This document shows, in pieces, positions 58,389 through 64,000 of a stretch of 64,000 bases of DNA (the stretch's first letter is position 1; each line of letters opens with the position of its first letter). A program made the translations under genes and the position numbers. Source of the DNA: Bacteroidales bacterium (GTDB lineage Bacteria; Bacteroidota; Bacteroidia; Bacteroidales; JAUNSR01); assembly GCA_036655355.1 (NCBI GenBank), contig JAVVQG010000003.1:206770-270769 (forward strand). The letters run 5' to 3'. The notes beneath the pieces are model-generated. The model was not told the origin of the DNA and did not search any database. It saw only the letters and a list, made by a program, of their open reading frames with translations.

Positions 58389-59435
58389 TTATTCGGCGCT
58401 TTCGATGATTCCGCCACCCAGTACCATGCCGTTTCGGTAAAAAGCCGCAGCCTGTCCCGGTGCCACCGAGTTGACCGGCTCCAAAAAGGTGACGATTGCC
58501 TTTCGTCCGGGTAACAGCTCCACACGGCAAGGCGTTTCCTGTTTGCGGTAGCGGATCTTGCAGATCACCTCTCGGTCGTTCGCTACTTCATCGGGGTAAT
58601 TCACGTGTACCTCCTTTAGGTACATCACGGTTTTGTACATATCCTCGAGATGAGCCAACACCACTTTGTTCTCTGCCGGTATGATCTCTTTCACAAATAC
58701 GGCCTTCTGAAAATTGATGCCCAATCCCCGGCGCTGCCCCACGGTATAAAAAGGATACCCTTCGTGTTTGCCGAGAACCTTACCTTGCTGGTCCACATAA
58801 TTTCCGGGAAGGATGGTATTGGAATCCACCTGGGTCTTCAAATAGTCGCGGTAATCGCCCGGACAGAAGCAAACGCCCAGACTGTCTTTCTTCACCGACA
58901 CTTTCTGGTAACCGCGCGCTGCGGCCATCGCCCGTACTTCCGCTTTGGTGATATCCCCCAAGGGGAGCAACATCCGGTTCAGAATCGTTTCGGGGAGTCC
59001 CCACAGAAAAAAAGACTGATCTTTATCCGGATCGCTTCCCGCGATGATGTGGATTCTGTCATCGTGCCGCACCGTACGCACGTAATGACCCGTAGCGATG
59101 TGGTAAATACCCTCTTCGTCCGCGATTTTCGCCAGAAGCGGCCATTTCAGATAGTTGTTGCACAGCACACACGGTACCGGCGTTTCCCCTTTCATATACT
59201 CCTCAACGAAATAACTCAGAATCTTCTCTCTGAATAATTCGCGTGCATCGTAAACGATGTGGCGTATGCCGAGTATATCCGCCAGCGCTTTGGCATCTTC
59301 CAGGTGATGTTCGCCCCCATCGTGAAATACGAAGGTGACTCCCACGACCTCATATCCTTGTTCCTGCAATAAAATGGCAGCCGTAGAACTGTCTGTTCCC
59401 CCGCTCATTCCTAAAACCACTCTTTTTTCACGCAT
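58389..59435 (-). CDS. mnmA: tRNA 2-thiouridine(34) synthase
   Basis: PP-loop [38 protein letters not shown] and APGQ. Start ambiguous (ATG at 59435, 59480 or 59495). Confidence 0.95.
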   Translation of the reverse strand: MREKRVVLGMSGGTDSSTAAILLQEQGYEVVGVTFVFHDGGEHHLEDAKALADILGIRHIVYDARELFREKILSYFVEEYMKGETPVPCVLCNNYLKWPLLAKIADEEGIYHIATGHYVRTVRHDDRIHIIAGSDPDKDQSFFLWGLPETILNRMLLPLGDITKAEVRAMAAARGYQKVSVKKDSLGVCFCPGDYRDYLKTQVDSNTILPGNYVDQQGKVLGKHEGYPFYTVGQRRGLGINFQKAVFVKEIIPAENKVVLAHLEDMYKTVMYLKEVHVNYPDEVANDREVICKIRYRKQETPCRVELLPGRKAIVTFLEPVNSVAPGQAAAFYRNGMVLGGGIIESAE

Positions 59436-59495
59436 ATTTTTTTCTCGCGTAGTTTCTTCACGCGTAGTTTCTTCAAACATGGTTTTCTCAAACAT
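59421..59495 (-). repeat. Five degenerate 15-bp tandem units across the mnmA start
   Basis: ATGTTTGAGAAAACC / ATGTTTGAAGAAACT / ACGCGTGAAGAAACT / ACGCGAGAAAAAAAT / ATGCGTGAAAAAAGA. Confidence 0.8.
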
Positions 59496-60708
59496 AGATC
59501 AATGTAGAAAGTTTCGATTCGTCAAATATTTCGTTTGCGGTTTCCAGGATATCGTTAGCGGTTATGTTTTGAATTTTTCGATACGCCTCATCCAGCGTAT
59601 CGAAACGATTGTAATGGAGATAAGATTTCGCCATCCCCATGGTTACGTTTTCCTTGTTGTCGTTCGAGATGCCGAGTTGACCTTTGATCTGTCTTTTCGC
59701 TCCTTCGAGTTGAGAGGAGGTGAGCGACTTATCGCGGAAATCTTTCAGCTCTTTATGCACGAGTTCGATGCATTTGTTCAGGTTTTTCTGATCGCAGCCG
59801 AAGTAGACCGAGAACACACCCGTGTCAGAATATGGCGTGAAGGCCGATTCCACGTTATACACGTATCCGCGTCTTTCACGCAGGGAGAGGTTCAGTCGGC
59901 TGTTCATACCCGGTCCCCCCAACATGTTGTTAAGAAGGGCGAGCGAAGCGCGTCGCGGATCGAACATATTGAACGCACGGTTTCCGATGATGACATGGCC
60001 CTGGTGGGTGTCACGCTCTTCACGCAGATGCGTCGGCGTATAAAGGGTGGGTGCCTGACGCTGATTTCCTTTCCATACGGCCGGGTCGGGATTAAAATAC
60101 TTCTCCAGTGCGCGTACCACTTTTTTGAAATCGGTTTTTCCCGTCGAGAAGAATACCATGTTTTCCGGGCGATACCATTTACAGAGAAAATCACGACCCA
60201 TTTCCGGGCTGAAAGATTCGAGCGATTCCTCTGTTCCCAAGATGTTGCGTCCCAGGGCGTGTCCTTGAAATAGTTTGTTCTCAAACTCATCGTAGATCAG
60301 TTCCGGTGGGTTATCGCGGTAAGAGTTGATCTCGTCCAGAATCACATCGGTTTCCTTTTCAAGTTCATTTTCCGGGAAACGGGAGTTCAAGACCAGATCG
60401 CACAGCAACTCGCTCGCACGGTCGAAATTCTCCTCCAGGAAAACCGAGTAAACGAAAGTCTCCTCTTTTGTAGTGTAAGCGTTCAATTCGCCGCCCACTT
60501 TCTCCATCCGGTTCAGAATATGCCAGGAGCGGCGCTTATCCGTTCCTTTAAAAATCATATGTTCCACCAGGTGAGCCATTCCGGATTCCGTAACCAGTTC
60601 ATCGCGTGTTCCGGCATTTACCGCGAAGCCGCAGTAAGAAACATCGGAAGTCGATGGCATGTGAATGATACGGAGTCCGTTGGGAAGCGTATGTTGTTGA
60701 TAATGCAT
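59488..60708 (-). CDS. M16 family (pitrilysin-like) zinc metallopeptidase
   Basis: LPNGLR, inverted zinc motif [19 protein letters not shown] and SRL...LRE.RGYVY; ATG at 60708. Confidence 0.95.
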   Translation of the reverse strand: MHYQQHTLPNGLRIIHMPSTSDVSYCGFAVNAGTRDELVTESGMAHLVEHMIFKGTDKRRSWHILNRMEKVGGELNAYTTKEETFVYSVFLEENFDRASELLCDLVLNSRFPENELEKETDVILDEINSYRDNPPELIYDEFENKLFQGHALGRNILGTEESLESFSPEMGRDFLCKWYRPENMVFFSTGKTDFKKVVRALEKYFNPDPAVWKGNQRQAPTLYTPTHLREERDTHQGHVIIGNRAFNMFDPRRASLALLNNMLGGPGMNSRLNLSLRERRGYVYNVESAFTPYSDTGVFSVYFGCDQKNLNKCIELVHKELKDFRDKSLTSSQLEGAKRQIKGQLGISNDNKENVTMGMAKSYLHYNRFDTLDEAYRKIQNITANDILETANEIFDESKLSTLIYV

Positions 60709-60748
60709 GTATCTCTTTTTTATGTTAGGATACAAAATTAAAAATAAA

Positions 60749-60756
60749 TACTTTTG
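60749..60756 (+). promoter_or_regulatory. -7 promoter element TACTTTTG for the SIS/PfkB unit (divergent TAATTTTG at 60733-60740 for the M16 gene)
   Basis: Back-to-back TAnnTTTG matches between divergent genes. Confidence 0.6.
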
Positions 60757-60867
60757 CAGCGTAAGGTTCAATACCTCAATATCAAAATGAAAACCATTAC
60801 CTTCCGTTTTTACGATATATTATGGTAAATCAACGGATTGGTGATTCATATAACGGAACAACATCAG

Positions 60868-60956
60868 ATCGCCATAGCTCACCTAAGGATGAGCTACCCC
60901 ACGAAAGGTACTTAGATGGCGCATTTGACCTTAGTGTTAAAAATAGATATATACAA
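60868..60956 (+). promoter_or_regulatory. Candidate structured cis-regulatory leader, copy B (upstream of SIS-domain gene)
   Basis: Homologous to 5778-5868 (minus strand), with the same stems and nearly the same spacing to the ATG. Confidence 0.7.
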
Positions 60957-61565
60957 ATGAAAGAGACTATACGTACGATCCTTCAGAAAGAAGCTGAAGC
61001 GATCCTGAATCTTCCGATTACAGATGCTTATGAAAAAGCCGTAGCTTTGATTGTGGAGCAGGTGCATCAAAAAGGGGGAAAACTTGTGGTGAGCGGTATG
61101 GGAAAAGCGGGACAGATCGGCATGAACATCGCTACAACGTTCAGTTCTACCGGAACTCCTGCCATCTACCTACACCCGAGTGAAGCGCAGCATGGTGATT
61201 TGGGAGTGATCCAGAAGAACGATGTGATGCTTCTGATTTCAAACTCCGGGAAGACCCGCGAGATTTTGGAGCTGATTCTCTTGGCGCACAACCTTAATCC
61301 GGGCATTCGTTTTATCGTCATTACAGGCAATCAGGAGAGTCCGTTGGCTGAAGAAGCCGATATTTGTCTCTTTACGGGCAATCCGTCGGAGGTTTGTCCC
61401 CTGGGACTTACCCCGACCACCTCAACTACGATGATGACCGTTATCGGCGATTTGCTGGTGGTGAATACGATGAAAAGTATTAACTTCACAAATGAACAAT
61501 ATGCCAAACGCCACCACGGCGGCTATCTTGGCGAGAAATCAAGAAAACAATCGACTAACGATTGA
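60957..61565 (+). CDS. SIS-only KpsF/GutQ family sugar-phosphate isomerase (probable arabinose-5-phosphate isomerase)
   Basis: SGMGKAG.IG, STGTP, HPSEAQHGDLG, ISNSGKT.E, PTTSTT and HHGGYLG; no CBS domains; ATG at 60957. Confidence 0.9.
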   Translation: MKETIRTILQKEAEAILNLPITDAYEKAVALIVEQVHQKGGKLVVSGMGKAGQIGMNIATTFSSTGTPAIYLHPSEAQHGDLGVIQKNDVMLLISNSGKTREILELILLAHNLNPGIRFIVITGNQESPLAEEADICLFTGNPSEVCPLGLTPTTSTTMMTVIGDLLVVNTMKSINFTNEQYAKRHHGGYLGEKSRKQSTND

Positions 61566-61576
61566 TTAAGAATACA

Positions 61577-62506
61577 ATGAGTAAGCGAAAAGTAATAGGG
61601 ATCGGAGAAACCGTTTTTGACATCGTTTTTAAAAACAACCAGCCTGTGAGAGGTGTACCCGGAGGATCGGTCTTCAATACGATGATCTCTTTGGGGCGTT
61701 TGGGAGCCGAAACGACATTCATCAGTGAGGTGGGGCGTGATAAGGTTGGGAAACTGATTTATGCTTTCATGGAGGAAAACCATGTGAAGACAGATCACAT
61801 GTACGCTTACTTTGATGGGAAATCGCCCGTTTCGCTCGCATTTCTAAACGATCGGAACGAAGCGGAGTATGATTTCTATATGAATTACCCCACCGATCGC
61901 CTGGATATCGTATGGCCCCGGATCGATGCCGACGATATCGTTATCTTCGGTTCGCTTTACTCGCTGAATCCGGCCATTCGTCCGGTTCTGACCGATTTGC
62001 TGAATTATGCCAAAGAGCGTAAGGCAATCATCTATTACGACCCGAACTTCAGAAAGAACCACGAATCGCAGGTGATGTGGCTCAAACCGGCCATCATCGA
62101 GAACTTGGAATTCGCCGATATCGTGCGTGGATCTACCGAAGATTTTGCAACGATTTATAAAGAGAGCGATATCGATAAGGTGTATGTAAATCACATTCGC
62201 TTCTATTGCCCCTATTTTATCTGCACCGACGGGGCTGCCGGCGTATATTTACGCACGCCACAGGTGAAGAAACATTACCCGGTACCCGCGCTTGAAGCCG
62301 TGAGTACGATCGGTGCCGGAGATGCACTGAATGCCGGAATCCTCTATGCATTGCTGAAATACAACATCACTTTGGAGATGATCCCTTCGCTCGAAGAGGA
62401 GAGTTGGGATAAGCTGATTGCCGAAGGAATACGGTTCGCCGGTGACGTTTGCATGAGTTACGATAACTATATTTCGACTGATTTTGCTGGCAATTGTCTC
62501 CTTTAA
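61577..62506 (+). CDS. PfkB family carbohydrate kinase
   Basis: GIGETVFD, PGGS..N....LGRLG, YDPNFR and STIGAGD..NAG; ATG at 61577. Confidence 0.93.
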   Translation: MSKRKVIGIGETVFDIVFKNNQPVRGVPGGSVFNTMISLGRLGAETTFISEVGRDKVGKLIYAFMEENHVKTDHMYAYFDGKSPVSLAFLNDRNEAEYDFYMNYPTDRLDIVWPRIDADDIVIFGSLYSLNPAIRPVLTDLLNYAKERKAIIYYDPNFRKNHESQVMWLKPAIIENLEFADIVRGSTEDFATIYKESDIDKVYVNHIRFYCPYFICTDGAAGVYLRTPQVKKHYPVPALEAVSTIGAGDALNAGILYALLKYNITLEMIPSLEEESWDKLIAEGIRFAGDVCMSYDNYISTDFAGNCLL

Positions 62507-62588
62507 TGTTTCTTTAACAGTAAAAAATATACCAAAGCACTCTTTTGAATAATGATTTGATATATTTGTGTTTGTAACTCCCGCTCTT

Positions 62589-63644
62589 ATGGACAAGAAA
62601 AAATTATTAATGATATTCTCCTTTGCATTGCTTTTGTGCTCGTGTGTCTCTCAGTCATACGATGTACAGAGTGTTTGTGAAGTGACCGATCTGTATAATT
62701 ATGTCTTAAAATGGGAGATCTCGCCCCGAATGGAGGGCGAAGTGATGATTTACTCCTCTAATGATCCGGAGAAGTTCGACATGCGTCGTTGTGTGGCGAA
62801 GGAGAAGATCTCAAAAGGGCGAGCGGATATCGTTGTGAAAGGTTCGCTTGATCGTCGCTATTTCCTACTTAAATTCGATGATGAAACCACTTCGGTAGTA
62901 GGTGTGAGAGCCCAGAAACTCGAGATGGTGGAAAACTTCCGCGATATGGGAGGCTATCTCAATAACGATCATCAGACCCTTAAATGGGGCAAACTGTACC
63001 GTTCCGGCAACATCGATTCCATCCGTGGCGTCAATGCCAAGCGCATCGAGAAGATGAGAGTGCGCACGTTGCTCGACTTCCGTATGAATCCTTTCATTAC
63101 CGAAGCTCCGAAAGAGACCGGTATTCCGCATTATGAAAACCTGCCGATCCGCACCACGCGCCAGAATGCGTTGCCGCTTATTCTGCAGAAGAAGTTCAAA
63201 CGCGGCGATGCCGTAATCTATATGCAGGACGTGTCGCGTGAGATGATCCTCATCTCGGGAGATTCCTTCAAACGCATGTTCGAAATCCTTTCGGAGGAGA
63301 AAAACTATCCCGTTATTCTGAGTTGTAAGTACGGTAATTTGCAGACCAGCATTGCCGCCGCACTTGTTTTGTACGCATTGGATGTTCCGGAACAGAGCAT
63401 CATCGACGACTACCTCTTGAGCAACCGTTACTTCAACATGCGCAAGTTGGCCGTGATCGCTTACGACCTGCCGCTGGAGTACCAGGATGCCATCACCTCG
63501 ATGATCATCAGTGATGAAAGGTACCTGATGACGGCGATTGACGTTGTGAAACGCAAATACGGTTCAGTCAATGAATACCTTAAAGAGGAATTGGGTGTTG
63601 ACGAGGCGTATAAAAACAAATTGAAGGCTATCTTGTTGGATTAA
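62589..63644 (+). CDS. Tyrosine-protein phosphatase family lipoprotein with degenerate active-site loop
   Basis: Lipobox LLLCSC; NFRDMGGY, WGKLYRSG, DFR and DYLLSN. The P-loop position reads SCKYGNLQTS. Confidence 0.82.
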   Translation: MDKKKLLMIFSFALLLCSCVSQSYDVQSVCEVTDLYNYVLKWEISPRMEGEVMIYSSNDPEKFDMRRCVAKEKISKGRADIVVKGSLDRRYFLLKFDDETTSVVGVRAQKLEMVENFRDMGGYLNNDHQTLKWGKLYRSGNIDSIRGVNAKRIEKMRVRTLLDFRMNPFITEAPKETGIPHYENLPIRTTRQNALPLILQKKFKRGDAVIYMQDVSREMILISGDSFKRMFEILSEEKNYPVILSCKYGNLQTSIAAALVLYALDVPEQSIIDDYLLSNRYFNMRKLAVIAYDLPLEYQDAITSMIISDERYLMTAIDVVKRKYGSVNEYLKEELGVDEAYKNKLKAILLD

Positions 63645-63734
63645 TTTGACTTAGGATTAACATCTTATCTCTATTTTAATGCAATTTTATTGTTATAAAA
63701 CATATATCGGCTTTCTAAATCGGAAATATATCCC

Positions 63735-63742
63735 TACCTTTG
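63735..63742 (+). promoter_or_regulatory. -7 promoter element TACCTTTG for the DEAD-box helicase
   Basis: Matches TAnnTTTG about 130 nt upstream of the ATG. Confidence 0.65.
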
Positions 63743-63875
63743 CACTATCAAATTTCAAACTGTCAATAGGTTTGTTTGGTCTGTAAATAAGTGACGACCT
63801 TCTTTATTCTTAGCTCGTGAGGGGCGAAATATACTCTACTCCTGATTCCCTATTGACTCCAAATTACATTTTATA

Positions 63876-64000
63876 ATGAAAACATTCGAAGAAATAGGTA
63901 TTAACTCTGAGGTTCTTAAAGCAATTACTGAGATGGGTTTTGAAAATCCCATGCCCGTGCAGGAAGAGGTGATACCGTATTTATTAAGCGCAGACACTGA
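63876..64000 (+). CDS. DEAD/DEAH-box RNA helicase (N-terminus only, truncated by window edge)
   Basis: Manual translation MKTFEEIGINSEVLKAITEMGFENPMPVQEEVIPYLLSADT contains the Q-motif (GF..P.PVQ...IP). Confidence 0.88.
   Translation, partial: MKTFEEIGINSEVLKAITEMGFENPMPVQEEVIPYLLSADT

Noticed and set aside
60822-60956. 45-aa N-terminal extension of the SIS protein in the ORF track
   Set aside because: Family similarity begins at the ATG at 60957. The extension spans the conserved leader motif, whose other copy is non-coding.
1-64000. Mobile elements, prophage, defence systems, tRNA or rRNA genes
   Set aside because: No transposase, integrase, phage, restriction-modification, toxin-antitoxin or cas motifs, and no tRNA cloverleaf or rRNA sequence was recognised.

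Overview
This is an ordinary core-genome segment of a Bacteroidales (Bacteroidota) chromosome, judged from the protein families, their gene order and the recurring TAnnTTTG -7 promoter elements. It holds about 56 CDS, mostly housekeeping: metK, folK, queA, truB, uppP, ftsX, miaB, purD, lepB, dapB, nadB, lpdA, ychF, polA, deoC, dtd, uvrC, apt, mnmG, ybeY, rnhA, aroK, korAB, mnmA and others. I found no rRNA, tRNA, CRISPR array, prophage, transposase or defence island. Non-coding features include a SAM-II-type riboswitch upstream of metK, a perfect parS palindrome beside mnmG (suggesting an origin-proximal position), several intrinsic terminators and short tandem repeats. The most notable unexplained signal is a structured leader of about 90 nt present in two diverged copies 55 kb apart, 49/59 identical in the core with one apparent compensatory change. 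One copy ends at the start codon of queA and the other at the start codon of the SIS-domain (KpsF/KdsD-like) gene. Other candidates are a stand-alone sRNA of about 80 nt near miaB, a coupled pair of orphan sensor kinases of which one has a degenerate ATPase domain, and two lipoproteins that have lost catalytic residues (a TlpA-like protein without CxxC and a PTP-like protein without the CX5R arginine). All calls come from reading the sequence; no database search was run.
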